The notes under the pieces: generated by a model
Databases searched by the model: none
What the model was told of the DNA's origin: nothing
Seen by the model: the letters and a program-made list of their open reading frames with translations, nothing else
Position numbers and translations under genes: made by a program
In this document: piece by piece, positions 52,224 to 62,416 of the stretch
Position numbering within the stretch: the first letter of the stretch is position 1
Layout of the letters: each line of letters begins with the position of its first letter
Source: Rhodospirillales bacterium
GTDB lineage: Bacteria; Pseudomonadota; Alphaproteobacteria; Rhodospirillales; JASLQF01
Length of the DNA stretch: 64,000 bases
NCBI GenBank assembly: GCA_030744625.1
Contig: JASLQF010000044.1
Span: forward strand, 487-64,486
Direction of reading: 5' to 3'

Positions 52224-52880
52224 GTGTGCACACCCCGCCGCAAAGCGCGCCGCGCCCCCGGCGGCGGCCGCAGCGTGCTCCTCGGGCTGCTGCTCGCCAT
52301 GATTCTGGGTTCGGCCTGGACGGCATCGGCGTGGGGAGAGGAGACGCAGCTCTCCTGCCTGGGCTGCGGCGGCGCCGGCAAGCAAGCCTCGGACGACTGG
52401 CTCAACCCTTTGCTCGAACGCGCCAAGGCCTTGCGGTGCGTGCGCCTCGCCAAAAGGTCGGGCCGCGAGATCGTCGTTAACGCCTGCGGCACCTGCCGCA
52501 TCGTCAAGGTGTCGCGGAAACGTCCTGGGTCGAACCCGGCCAGCTCGCGCACCTACACCATGGCCCGCAGCTCGACCATGCCCCTGCCCTTCCGTGGCCC
52601 CGGCCGGACGCGGCTTCTCGGCGATCAGCCGTGCAAGGGCAAGGACGCATCGCCCGCCGAGGCCAGCGATCGGCAGTGCGTTGCCCTGCGCAAGAACAAG
52701 ACGGGAAAGACCGTGCTGGTCAACGGCTGCGAAGTGTGCCGCAAGGTGAGCCTCGAACGCATCCATGCGAACGGCGAACGCACGGTCCAGTTCTACACCA
52801 TCGCGCGCAACGCCTACGTGCCGGCGCCACCGCGCGGTGCCAGGTCGGCCCGCGTCCTCAGCGACCAAAACTGTCGTTAG
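52224..52880 (+). CDS. Exported Cys-rich hypothetical protein with duplicated domain
   Basis: Signal-like hydrophobic stretch and two units CV...VNxCxxCR.V...L.DQ.C. Start uncertain. Confidence 0.6.
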   Translation: MCTPRRKARRAPGGGRSVLLGLLLAMILGSAWTASAWGEETQLSCLGCGGAGKQASDDWLNPLLERAKALRCVRLAKRSGREIVVNACGTCRIVKVSRKRPGSNPASSRTYTMARSSTMPLPFRGPGRTRLLGDQPCKGKDASPAEASDRQCVALRKNKTGKTVLVNGCEVCRKVSLERIHANGERTVQFYTIARNAYVPAPPRGARSARVLSDQNCR

Positions 52881-52888
52881 CACCTTAT

Positions 52889-53014
52889 CCGTTTAGATGT
52901 AATCACCGCTAGCGGGCCGGTCCGGGACCGGCCCCTACGCTATTTGCTGAATGTAGGGGCGGGTCTCGGACCCGACCGGGTCGAACAGGCATTACGCTGC
53001 CTAAAACTAAACGG
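52889..53014. mobile_element. 126-bp MITE-like element with two GTAG-type REP palindromes (copy 1)
   Basis: Ends CCGTTTAG/CTAAACGG, internal ...GGCCCCTAC and GTAGGGGCGGG hairpins, homologous to 63655-63780. Confidence 0.7.
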
Positions 53015-53051
53015 GGGGTTGCTCTAGTAACCGGGGAAATCCACCCCCAGT

Positions 53052-53088
53052 AAAAAAAACCGGGCAACCCCTGGGTTGCCCGGTCTTT
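53052..53088 (-). terminator. Intrinsic terminator after ABC substrate-binding gene
   Basis: A-run then ACCGGGCAACCC-ct-GGGTTGCCCGGT hairpin. Confidence 0.85.
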
Positions 53089-53109
53089 AAGGATGAAGAG
53101 AACTTAGGA

Positions 53110-54300
53110 TTAGTAAATCTTGATGGTCGCGAATTTGCCGCCTTTCACTTCCACTTCCTTGAAGGACCCAAGCACTTCGCCGACTTCATTGAATTCGACG
53201 TTGGTGGCGCCGACATAGTCGATATCGCCGCCGCCGGCGAGAATCTTCAGGCCCTTGGCAATTTCACCGGGCATGATTTTCTCGCCGGGCGCGTTGGCGA
53301 CCATCATTATCTTCGACTGGATGGCCGCCCGGTCGGCGGAACCGGCCGCCTGCATGGCAAGGACGATCAAGGCGCCGGCGTCGTAGGACTCGCCGACGTA
53401 GGGGCCGTCTTTCTTGATGCCCGCCTTGCCGGCCATGTCCGAATAGGTGGCCGCGCCCTTCGATGCGCCGCCGGGAACAGTGCCGACGGTGCCTGTCAGG
53501 TCCTTGCCGATGGCCTTGATCAGGCTGTCGCCGATCATGCCATCGGCGAGCACGAAGTTTTCAAAGGCGCCGCTGTCAAGCGAAGCCTGGATGATGCCCT
53601 TGCCGCCCTGATCCAGATAACCGAACACGGCGAGATGCTTCGAGCCGGCCGCCGACAAAGCGCCGACTTCGGCCGAATAATCGGCCTTGCCGTCTTCATG
53701 GGCGGCGGTGATGGAGACCTTGCCGCCGACCGCCTTGAAAGCGTTGTTGAAGGAATCGGCCAAGCCCTTGCCGTAATCGTTGTTGGTGTACGTGACGGCG
53801 ACATCTTTGATGCCGCGGCTTTTCAGCACGGCGGCCAGAACCTGGCCCTGACGGGCGTCGGACGGCGAAGTGCGGAAAAAGAAGCCGTTATCCTTGATGG
53901 TCGAAAGACCGGGCGACGTCGCCGATGGCGAAATCATGACAACGCCATTGGGCACGGCCACATTCTTGGCGACGGCACCGGTGACGCCGGAGCAATCGGC
54001 GCCATAAATAGCGGCGACGCCTTCGGACGAGATCAGCCGCTCGCCGGCGGCGGTCGCTGCCGCCGAATCGACGCACGTCGAATCGGCACGCACCGGAACA
54101 ATCTTCTTTCCACCCAGCAACAGACTGGAATCGGAAGCTTCCTTGAAAGCCAGTTCGGCCGAATTGGCCATGTCCGGGGTCAGGGATTCGATAGGGCCGG
54201 TAAAGCCCAAAAGCACGCCGACTTTAACGTCATTCCCGGCGGCCATCGCCGAGCCCGTCATGGCGGTGAGCAGGGTCAACGGCAAAAGAAGTTTTTTCAT
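53110..54300 (-). CDS. Branched-chain amino acid (Liv-type) ABC transporter substrate-binding protein
   Basis: Signal peptide, GADCSGVT, ISPSATSP, FFRTSPSDARQG, NNDYGKGL. Confidence 0.92.
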   Translation of the reverse strand: MKKLLLPLTLLTAMTGSAMAAGNDVKVGVLLGFTGPIESLTPDMANSAELAFKEASDSSLLLGGKKIVPVRADSTCVDSAAATAAGERLISSEGVAAIYGADCSGVTGAVAKNVAVPNGVVMISPSATSPGLSTIKDNGFFFRTSPSDARQGQVLAAVLKSRGIKDVAVTYTNNDYGKGLADSFNNAFKAVGGKVSITAAHEDGKADYSAEVGALSAAGSKHLAVFGYLDQGGKGIIQASLDSGAFENFVLADGMIGDSLIKAIGKDLTGTVGTVPGGASKGAATYSDMAGKAGIKKDGPYVGESYDAGALIVLAMQAAGSADRAAIQSKIMMVANAPGEKIMPGEIAKGLKILAGGGDIDYVGATNVEFNEVGEVLGSFKEVEVKGGKFATIKIY

Positions 54301-54407
54301 GGTTTCCTCCTTGTTTTAGTTGGTTGCCGATCGAAAGACTTTAGATTTCACGGATTGCGAAAAGTTGCGCCTACAATAGGATGTTCTTTCGATCCTGATC
54401 TATTTTT

Positions 54408-55781
54408 TTATTGTGCCCGGGCCTTGGTCACCTCCGGCAATATCCCGCCGGGATTGAAGCGCATGACCAGCAACAGGACCAGCCCCATCATGAACAGGCG
54501 CATATGCTGCGCTGAGTCCATCAGATGAAGGCGGAGGGGACTTGTATCGTCCATCCAGCTGGTCGCGAAATCGATCAGCCACACACCGACGGGTTCGGCC
54601 TCGATCCAGATGAACCAGATAAGAAAGCCGCCCAGAACCGATCCAAGGTTGTTGCCGGATCCGCCGACGATCACCATCACCCAGATCAGGAACGTGAAAC
54701 GCAACGGATTGTAGGAACCGGGCGTCAGTTGGCCGTCGAGCGTCGTCAACATGGCGCCGGCGATGCCGACCACGGCGGAACCGACGATGAAGACCTGCAG
54801 ACGCCGACCGGTCACGTCCTTACCCATGGCGGCGGCGGAGACTTCGTTGTCACGAATGGCGCGCATCATGCGACCCCACGGCGAATTCAGGGCCATCACG
54901 CTCATGCCGAGGACGACCACCAGAACCACGGTGAAAAGACCGGCGTAGCCGAGCTTGACGAAAACGCCGGAGTGCTGGATGACCAGGTTGGACAAAAGAT
55001 CGGCGCGGTCGCTGGCCGCCAGTCCTTCCAGGGCACTGGAATTCAGCCATTCCGTCCCGCCGATGAACCAGTCGCTTTTCTGCAGGTCCACCTCGTAGGG
55101 GACGGGGCGGGACAACCCGGCGACGTTCTTGACGCCGCGGGTCAGCCAGTCTTCGTTTTTCAGAAGCGCGATGATGATTTCCGAAATGCCCAAAGTGGCG
55201 ATGGCCAGATAATCGGAGCGCAACCCGAGGGTGATCTTGCCGATGATCCAGGCGGCGCCGGCGGCGAACAAACCGCCGGCGGCCCACGAAAACAGGATCG
55301 GCAGTCCAAGGCCGCCCAGGTATCCGGTCACCGCCGGGTTGACGGCCTCGATATCGGCGATGGCCGGATCGAAGAAATAACGGGTCGCGATGATGCCGAT
55401 GATGATGATCCCCGACAGGGCGAGGACCCTGAGGGGGCCTTTGGGGATTCGCCGATAGGCGACGACGGTGGCGGCGACGGTAAGCGCGAAAAGCAGCGCC
55501 CCCATGAACAGGTTCGATCCGCCCGCCGCCCAGGCTTCCGGCACCGGTGCTTTGGAGACCAGCACCGCGGCGACGCCGCCCAGGGCGGCGAATCCCATGG
55601 TGCCGACATTGAACAGGCCGGCATAGCCCCATTGAATGTTGACGCCGAGCGCCATCACCGCCGAAATCAGGCAGAGATTGAGGATCGTCAGCATCAACGG
55701 CCACGACTGGGAGAATCCGACGACCATCAGCAAAGCCGCCATGACGGCGAAAGACAGGGCCGAGCGCTGGGCGTTGCTCAT
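54408..55781 (-). CDS. Liv-type ABC permease (LivM-like)
   Basis: WGYAGLFN, LRSDYLAIATLG, PWGRMMRAIRDNE, VIVGGSGN. Confidence 0.92.
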   Translation of the reverse strand: MSNAQRSALSFAVMAALLMVVGFSQSWPLMLTILNLCLISAVMALGVNIQWGYAGLFNVGTMGFAALGGVAAVLVSKAPVPEAWAAGGSNLFMGALLFALTVAATVVAYRRIPKGPLRVLALSGIIIIGIIATRYFFDPAIADIEAVNPAVTGYLGGLGLPILFSWAAGGLFAAGAAWIIGKITLGLRSDYLAIATLGISEIIIALLKNEDWLTRGVKNVAGLSRPVPYEVDLQKSDWFIGGTEWLNSSALEGLAASDRADLLSNLVIQHSGVFVKLGYAGLFTVVLVVVLGMSVMALNSPWGRMMRAIRDNEVSAAAMGKDVTGRRLQVFIVGSAVVGIAGAMLTTLDGQLTPGSYNPLRFTFLIWVMVIVGGSGNNLGSVLGGFLIWFIWIEAEPVGVWLIDFATSWMDDTSPLRLHLMDSAQHMRLFMMGLVLLLVMRFNPGGILPEVTKARAQ

Positions 55782-56791
55782 ATCACCCGCCCCCTCAGAA
55801 TGCCGGTCGGGCGGATCAGCAACACCAGAACCAGGATGATAAAGGATACGGCGAACTTGTAGTCGGTCGATAGGAACTGAACCAGCCCGTCCGGCTCCCA
55901 GTTTTCCGGAACCAGATACTTGAGGAACTTCTTGTAGGCGTAAGTGATGCTGACTTCCGAAAAGGCGACGACGTAGCCGCCGAGGATGGCGCCCAGCGGA
56001 TTGCCGATACCGCCGACAATGGCGGCGGCAAACAACGGCAGCAAAAGTTGGAAATAGGTAAACGGCTTGAAGCTTTTGTCCAGGCCATACAGGGTCCCGG
56101 CAATGGTCGCCAGCGTTGCCGTGATGATCCAGGTCACCATGACCACCCGTTCCGGATTGATGCCGGAAAGAAGCGCCAGGTCCTCGTTGTCCGAGTAGGC
56201 GCGCATGGCCTTGCCGGTGCGGGTACGCTGCAGGAACCAGAACAGGGCAACCACCAGAAGGAAAGCGATGGAGATGGTCAGACCCTGGCTGACCTTGATC
56301 GCCAGCCCCTCGTTGAGGCCGGTCATCTGCTTGAAGGCGCGGGCCTTGATGATGAAACGTTCGCCATCGGAAAAACGTTGGTCATTGGGGCCGATGATAA
56401 AACGGACAATGCCGTTCAGCACGAACATGACGCCGATCGAAGCGATGACAAACAAGGCCGGCGCGCTACGCTTCCTTCGATAGAACTTGAAGACCGACTT
56501 GTCGATGAACAGGACCATGACGATGGTAATGGCGATGGCCACCGGCAGGGCGAGCAGGGCGGTCGGCAAGGGGCCCAAGCCGACGCCGATGGATTGCAGC
56601 CACCAGGTCATCAGGACGGTAACCATCGTGCCGAAGGCCATCAGGTCGCCGTGGGCGAAATTGGCGAAACGGAGGATGCCGTAAATCAGGGTGATGCCCA
56701 AAGCCCCGAGAGCGAGCTGGGAGCCGTACGTCAGCACCGGAATGATGACGAAATTCGACAGTAGGATTAAGGCGTCGAAAACATCGGTCAA
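55778..56791 (-). CDS. Liv-type ABC permease (LivH-like)
   Basis: GILRFANFAHGD, RTGKAMRA, AAIVGGIG, RPTGI. TTG start estimated. Confidence 0.92.
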   Translation of the reverse strand: MTDVFDALILLSNFVIIPVLTYGSQLALGALGITLIYGILRFANFAHGDLMAFGTMVTVLMTWWLQSIGVGLGPLPTALLALPVAIAITIVMVLFIDKSVFKFYRRKRSAPALFVIASIGVMFVLNGIVRFIIGPNDQRFSDGERFIIKARAFKQMTGLNEGLAIKVSQGLTISIAFLLVVALFWFLQRTRTGKAMRAYSDNEDLALLSGINPERVVMVTWIITATLATIAGTLYGLDKSFKPFTYFQLLLPLFAAAIVGGIGNPLGAILGGYVVAFSEVSITYAYKKFLKYLVPENWEPDGLVQFLSTDYKFAVSFIILVLVLLIRPTGILRGRVI

Positions 56792-56798
56792 AACGGCC

Positions 56799-57503
56799 CT
56801 ACCCCCCCAGGAATGCACGCCGGACTTCCGGGTCGGCCAGCAATGCCTCGCCGGTATCCGTAAACTTGTTTTCGCCGGTCACCAGAACATAGCCGGTGTC
56901 GGCGATATTCAGGGCCTGGCGGGCGTTCTGTTCGACCATCAGGATGGCGATGCCGGTCTGCTTGACTTCCAGGATGCGGTCGAACAACTCGTCCATGACG
57001 ATGGGCGACACCCCCGCTGTCGGTTCGTCCAGCAACAGCACTTGCGGGCCGGTCATCAAGGCGCGGCCGACGGCGACTTGCTGGCGTTGGCCGCCAGAAA
57101 GTTCGCCCGCCGGCTGGTCCCGTTTGTCCTTCAGGATGGGGAACAACTCGAACACAAGATCCATGGTCCGGTAGATATCGTCACGGCGAAGAAACGCCCC
57201 CATTTCAAGGTTTTCCTGGACCGTCATGCTGACGAACACATTGTTCGTTTGCGGCACCATGGCCATGCCTTCCTTGACCCGATCCTGCGGCGACATCTGG
57301 GTGATATCCTTGCCGTCCAGGGTGACGGTCCCCTCGCGCAGGTGCAGCATGCCCAACAGGGCCTTCATGGCCGTCGATTTACCGGCCCCGTTGGGGCCGA
57401 CGATGACGGCGATCTCTCCCTTGTCGACCGAAATATCACAGCCGCGCAGAATATCCGCGCCGCCGTACCCGCCGCTCATGCTCAGACCCGATAAAAAGCT
57501 CAC
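56799..57503 (-). CDS. Liv-type ABC ATPase (LivF-like)
   Basis: GPNGAGKST, LSGGQRQ, LLDEPT, VEQN. Confidence 0.93.
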   Translation of the reverse strand: MSFLSGLSMSGGYGGADILRGCDISVDKGEIAVIVGPNGAGKSTAMKALLGMLHLREGTVTLDGKDITQMSPQDRVKEGMAMVPQTNNVFVSMTVQENLEMGAFLRRDDIYRTMDLVFELFPILKDKRDQPAGELSGGQRQQVAVGRALMTGPQVLLLDEPTAGVSPIVMDELFDRILEVKQTGIAILMVEQNARQALNIADTGYVLVTGENKFTDTGEALLADPEVRRAFLGG

Positions 57504-58286
57504 TTAGGATATCGCCCCTACTTTGTTCTTGAGGCCTCTCCCGAGATAAGCCTCGATAACGTCTTCGTTGGATTTGACTTCCTCGGCGGTACCTTGCGTC
57601 AGCACCTTGCCTTCGGCCATTACCACCACCGGGTTGCAAAGCCGGGATATGAAATCGATGTCGTGCTCGATCATGCAGAAGGTGTAACCGCGTTCGGTGT
57701 TGAGCCGTATGATGGCGTCGCCGATTTCGTTCAGAAGGGTCCGGTTGACGCCGGCGCCGACCTCATCCAGCAGCACGACCTTGGCGTCGACCATCATGGT
57801 ACGCCCCAGTTCCAGCAGTTTCTTCTGGCCGCCGGAAAGGTTCCCCGCCGGTTCGTCCGCCAGATGGCCGAGGTTGAGGAAATCGATTACCTCGTTGGCC
57901 CTGTGGCGAATCGCTTCTTCCTCTTCGGCCACCTTGGCGCGATGAAACCAGGTGCTGATCAGGGATTCGCCCGATTGGCCGCCCGGCACCATCATCAGGT
58001 TCTCGCGAACCGACAGGGATGAAAACTCGTGCGCGATCTGGAACGTCCGCAACAGCCCCTTTGCGAAAAGCTGGTGCGGTTTCAGGCCGGTAACGTCCTC
58101 GCCATCAAGACTGACACTGCCGACCGAGGGCGGGAAAACCCCGGCGACAAGGTTGAACAATGTCGTCTTGCCGGCGCCGTTGGGGCCAATCAATCCGGTG
58201 ATGGTACCCTTCTGGATATCGAAGCTCGTCCCATCGACCGCTTTCAAACCTCCGAAATGCAGGGCGACATCTTCAATGTTAATCAT
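57504..58286 (-). CDS. Liv-type ABC ATPase (LivG-like)
   Basis: FGGLKAV, GPNGAGKTT, RTFQ, LSGGQKK, IEHD, VIEAYLG. Confidence 0.93.
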   Translation of the reverse strand: MINIEDVALHFGGLKAVDGTSFDIQKGTITGLIGPNGAGKTTLFNLVAGVFPPSVGSVSLDGEDVTGLKPHQLFAKGLLRTFQIAHEFSSLSVRENLMMVPGGQSGESLISTWFHRAKVAEEEEAIRHRANEVIDFLNLGHLADEPAGNLSGGQKKLLELGRTMMVDAKVVLLDEVGAGVNRTLLNEIGDAIIRLNTERGYTFCMIEHDIDFISRLCNPVVVMAEGKVLTQGTAEEVKSNEDVIEAYLGRGLKNKVGAIS

Positions 58287-58548
58287 TAGGCGGGACTGAC
58301 CATGAATTAATCCGATGTTTCTTATTTAACCTTCGCATCCACGGCGATAGTACCCAAATCCCACCACACATTGGAATTGCAATCTTGCTGTATCCGGCAA
58401 GCGGACCAGACGGCATGGATCGCGGGGCTCCGCTTCGGGGCGCGAAGTCCGACATCGGCGTGGCGGGAAAACACCCGATCATGACGTTGTCTATGAGTAC
58501 ACGACCCAGCGAAACCGGATCGTTGAACGGCGGCTTGCCCGAAATGGG

Positions 58549-60861
58549 CTACTTGACGTAGACGGGGACCCCCGGCTTGCCGCGCTTGGCGGGCGGTTTC
58601 GCCCCGCCACTCTCCGGATAGTCGAAGGTGGGCTTGCCGTCCTTGACGCCGACCAGCACGACGCCGCCCTTGGCCAGCTTGCCGAATAGCAGTTCCTCGG
58701 CCAGCTGCTTCTTGATGTTTTCCTGGATGACCCGCGCCAGCGGCCGCGCTCCGAACCTCTTGCTGTAGCCCTTCTTGGCGAGCCACGCCCGAGCGTCGTC
58801 GGTAAGCTCGATGGTCACGTTACGGTCGCCGAGTTGGGTCTCCAGCTCCATGATGAACTTGTCTACGACGCGCGTCATGACCTCGGGGGTGAGGCTGGAG
58901 AACCCGATGGTGGCGTCGAGCCGGTTGCGGAACTCGGGCGAGAACATCCGCTCGATGGCTTCCTGGTCGTCTCCCTCGCGCTCGTCGCGCTCGAAGCCGA
59001 TGGCCGCCTTGGCCAGTTCGACGGCGCCGGCGTTGGTGGTCATGACGAGGATGACGTTGCGGAAGTCGATGCTCTTGCCGTTGTGGTCGGTCAGCTTGCC
59101 GTGGTCCATGACCTGCAACAGGATGCTGAAGAGGTCCGGGTGGGCCTTCTCGATCTCGTCGAGCAGCAGGACCGCGTGGGGCTGCTGGTCGATGGCGTCG
59201 GTCAACAGGCCCCCCTGGTCGAATCCCACATAGCCCGGCGGCGCGCCAATGAGGCGAGAGACGCTGTGGCGTTCCATGTATTCCGACATGTCGAAGCGCA
59301 CGAGTTCGATGCCGAGGACGAGAGACAACTGGCGCGCCACCTCGGTCTTGCCGACGCCAGTGGGACCGGAAAACAGGTAGCACCCGATGGGCTTCTCCGG
59401 CTCGCGCAACCCGGCACGCGACAGCTTGATGGCGCTGGTCAGGGCGCCGATGGCCTTGTCCTGGCCGAACACCATGGTCTTGACGTCGCGCTCCAGGTTC
59501 TTGAGGGCCTCGCGGTCGTCGGTGGAGACGCTCTTCGGCGGAATGCGGGCGATCTTGGCGACCACCGTCTCGATGTCCTTGACCGTGATCGTCTTGCGCC
59601 GCTTGTTCTCGGGCAACAGCATGCGCGAGGCGCCCACTTCGTCGATGACGTCGATGGCCTTGTCGGGCAGCTTGCGGTCGTTGATGTAGCGCGCCGAAAG
59701 CTCGACCGCCGTACGCAGGGCCTCGGACTTGTAGCGGACTTTGTGGTGCTCCTCGAAATAGGGCTTGAGGCCGCGCAGAATCTTCACCGTGTCCTCGACG
59801 GACGGCTCATAGATGTCGATCTTCTGGAAGCGGCGGGCCAGGGCGCGGTCCTTTTCGAAGTAGTTGCGGTACTCCTTGTAGGTGGTCGAGCCCATGCAGC
59901 GTAGCCTGCCGTCCTGCAGGGACGGCTTGAGGATGTTGGAGGCATCCATGGAGCCGCCGCTGGTGGCGCCGGCGCCGATGATGGTGTGGATCTCGTCGAT
60001 GAAGAGGATGGCGCCCTCGATGGCCTCGAGTTCCGCCATCACCGCCTTCAGCCTCTCCTCGAAGTCGCCGCGGTAGCGCGTGCCGGCCAGCAGCGCCCCC
60101 ATGTCGAGAGTGTAAATGTTGGAGTCCTTCAAGACATCCGGCACTTCGCCATGGACGATGCGCCGTGCCAGCCCCTCGGCGATGGCCGTCTTGCCGACAC
60201 CGGGGTCGCCCACGAACAGCGGATTGTTCTTGGTGCGACGGCACAGGATCTGGATGGTGCGCTCGATCTCGTTCTGGCGCCCGATGAGGGGATCGATGCG
60301 GCCCTCGGCGGCTCTTTTGTTGAGATCGATGCAGTAGGCTTCCAAAGCTTCGTGTCCCTTGGGAACCTCCTGCTCCTCGCCGCCGTCCTCGTCGGCGCCC
60401 TGGGCCGTGCGCGTCTCGGATCGGCCCGCCACCTTGGCGATGCCGTGCGAGATGTAGTTGACGGCGTCAAGCCGCGTCATGTCGTGGACCTGCAGGAAAT
60501 ATACGGCGTGGGATTCGCGCTCCGAGAACAAGGCCACCAACACGTTGGCCCCGGTCACCTGCTCGCGTCCCGAAGACTGCACGTGAATGGCGGCGCGCTG
60601 GACGACGCGCTGGAATCCGGCCGTTGGCTTGGGCTCGCTCACCTGGCTGATGACCATGCCGGTGAGTTCGGTGTCGATGAACTCGGTCAGATTCTGGCGC
60701 AGCTGCTTGAGTTCCACGCCGCAGGCGCGCAATACGGCCATCGCGTCCTGGTCCTCGGTCAAGGCAAGCAGAAGATGCTCGAGCGTGGCGTATTCGTGAA
60801 GGCGTTCGGTAGCCAGCGCCAAGGCGCCGTGCAGGGTCTGCTCGAGATTCACTGACAACAT
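58549..60861 (-). CDS. clpA: ATP-dependent Clp protease ATP-binding subunit ClpA
   Basis: HEYATLEHLL, GDPGVGKT, GPTGVGKT, RFDMSEY, IGF loop, adjacent to clpS. Confidence 0.97.
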   Translation of the reverse strand: MLSVNLEQTLHGALALATERLHEYATLEHLLLALTEDQDAMAVLRACGVELKQLRQNLTEFIDTELTGMVISQVSEPKPTAGFQRVVQRAAIHVQSSGREQVTGANVLVALFSERESHAVYFLQVHDMTRLDAVNYISHGIAKVAGRSETRTAQGADEDGGEEQEVPKGHEALEAYCIDLNKRAAEGRIDPLIGRQNEIERTIQILCRRTKNNPLFVGDPGVGKTAIAEGLARRIVHGEVPDVLKDSNIYTLDMGALLAGTRYRGDFEERLKAVMAELEAIEGAILFIDEIHTIIGAGATSGGSMDASNILKPSLQDGRLRCMGSTTYKEYRNYFEKDRALARRFQKIDIYEPSVEDTVKILRGLKPYFEEHHKVRYKSEALRTAVELSARYINDRKLPDKAIDVIDEVGASRMLLPENKRRKTITVKDIETVVAKIARIPPKSVSTDDREALKNLERDVKTMVFGQDKAIGALTSAIKLSRAGLREPEKPIGCYLFSGPTGVGKTEVARQLSLVLGIELVRFDMSEYMERHSVSRLIGAPPGYVGFDQGGLLTDAIDQQPHAVLLLDEIEKAHPDLFSILLQVMDHGKLTDHNGKSIDFRNVILVMTTNAGAVELAKAAIGFERDEREGDDQEAIERMFSPEFRNRLDATIGFSSLTPEVMTRVVDKFIMELETQLGDRNVTIELTDDARAWLAKKGYSKRFGARPLARVIQENIKKQLAEELLFGKLAKGGVVLVGVKDGKPTFDYPESGGAKPPAKRGKPGVPVYVK

Positions 60862-60868
60862 GATGGGC

Positions 60869-61207
60869 CTATTCGCTCCCGTCCTTTTCGATGGTGCACT
60901 GAAGAGGATGCTGGTTCTTCCGCGCCAAGTCCATGGTCTGGTTCACCTTGGTTTCCGCAACCTCGTAGGTATATACCCCGCATACGCCGACGCCACGGCG
61001 ATGGACGTGCAGCATGATGTTGGTCGCCGCCTGCTGGTTCTTGTTGAAGAATTGCTGGAGGACGTGGACGACGAACTCCATCGGCGTGTAATCGTCGTTC
61101 AGCAACAGGACCTTGTACATGTCCGGCTTCTTGGTCTTGGGCCGCGACTTGACAGCGATGCCGGTCTTCGGGTCGAAGTCGTCGCCACGCTTGTCGTCGT
61201 CGCTCAT
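60869..61207 (-). CDS. clpS: Clp protease adaptor ClpS
   Basis: [30 protein letters not shown]. Confidence 0.97.
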   Translation of the reverse strand: MSDDDKRGDDFDPKTGIAVKSRPKTKKPDMYKVLLLNDDYTPMEFVVHVLQQFFNKNQQAATNIMLHVHRRGVGVCGVYTYEVAETKVNQTMDLARKNQHPLQCTIEKDGSE

Positions 61208-61352
61208 CTGGATCGCCGCTCCTTCCGGACTGCCGCGCCGCCTCAATCCACACGCAAAATCCAAGCCTCCCATCCCTCAATATATAGTCCATTTTGGCCC
61301 GTTCGTACACCTGTGAGCAGGGCCACACAGTTCAGATAGGGCCTCGCGGGCG

Positions 61353-61392
61353 AAAAAAAAGGCGCCCGGCGGAGATTCCGCCGGGCGCCTTT
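61353..61392 (-). terminator. Intrinsic terminator after phasin gene
   Basis: A8 then GGCGCCCGGCGGA-gat-TCCGCCGGGCGCC hairpin. Confidence 0.9.
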
Positions 61393-61422
61393 CAAGGCTT
61401 GCCCCTGATGGGGGGGAGTCGA

Positions 61423-61962
61423 TCAGGCGGCAAGCGGTTTGGTGAACTTCTCGACGGCAACGTTGACGCGACCGGCGATCGGCTTGGCGGCATTTTCCGC
61501 GACCTTCACCGACATGTCGGACATCTTGCGGCTCTCGGTCACCAGCTTGTCGTAGCCGCCCTTGACCAGGTCGCCCTGGACCTCGGCCACCTGCTGCAGG
61601 GTCTTGCAGCCGAGGATCGCCTTGGTGGCGGCGATGCCTTCCTCGATCGACGCCTGGGCGAAATCGAACCACAGGGCGTTGAAGTCCTGGGCGCCCTTGG
61701 CGAGCACGGCCCCGCTCTTGACCAGGGCATCCACGTTGTCCTTGTTGAAGGCGGCCACGTCCTCATAGCCCTTGAAGGCGTCGGAACCGGCCTTGAAGGC
61801 GGCCTCGACGTGCTCCTTGGTGGCCTGGACGGCCTGATCGTAGCCCTTGGCGGCGGCTTCGGCGCTGGCCTTGACGACGGTCTCCATGTTGTCCTTGCCG
61901 GCGGCGACGGCGGCTTCAATCTGCTCGGCGGCGTTGGCGGCGGCGGTCTTTTTCGTAGTCAT
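61423..61962 (-). CDS. Phasin family protein
   Basis: Ala/Lys-rich helix, KDNVDALVKS, CKTLQQVAEVQ, PIAGRV, position beside clpS. Confidence 0.88.
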   Translation of the reverse strand: MTTKKTAAANAAEQIEAAVAAGKDNMETVVKASAEAAAKGYDQAVQATKEHVEAAFKAGSDAFKGYEDVAAFNKDNVDALVKSGAVLAKGAQDFNALWFDFAQASIEEGIAATKAILGCKTLQQVAEVQGDLVKGGYDKLVTESRKMSDMSVKVAENAAKPIAGRVNVAVEKFTKPLAA

Positions 61963-62069
61963 CTCATTCTCCATTAAAAACGCATTACTGGCCCTTGCAG
62001 GGGCGCGCCCGATTCGCGGGCGGCGGCAATCCGGGTGACGTTCCCGGGTAGTATGTTTGCATGCTCTTT

Positions 62070-62145
62070 TGCTGCATTGCAGCATAGAACCCGCTTATAA
62101 ACCCTATCCGAGCCCAATGTCAAGCAATTTTGCTGCATCGCAGCA
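62070..62145. promoter_or_regulatory. PhaR-type operators flanking the phasin promoter
   Basis: TGCTGCATTGCAGCA (62070) and TGCTGCATCGCAGCA (62131) either side of minus-strand TTGACA (62118-62123) and TTATAA (62095-62100). Confidence 0.7.
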
Positions 62146-62416
62146 TAATTCTACGTTCATGAAAAATAACATAAAAACGACCATATTTAATCAACTTCTG
62201 AAATTTTGACGCACCGCATCATGAAAGGCGCCACCGGAGATCCTCTTAGTTGAAGCCGCCGTCCCCGTTAACCAATTCTTATGGGGTGTGCCGTAAACGC
62301 CGTGATGGGATTTCGGCGACGCCGCGATGGGGTCGAGCCAGAAACGACTTGAGGCACGGCAGCGAATTCTGTTTAGCTGTCAGGATGTTCGCCGAAGCGC
62401 ACTTGGGGGAGGCATC

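Noticed and set aside
62268-62282. CtrA-like TTAA-N7-TTAT upstream of the DD-carboxypeptidase
   Set aside because: An imperfect single site that cannot be supported without a PWM scan.
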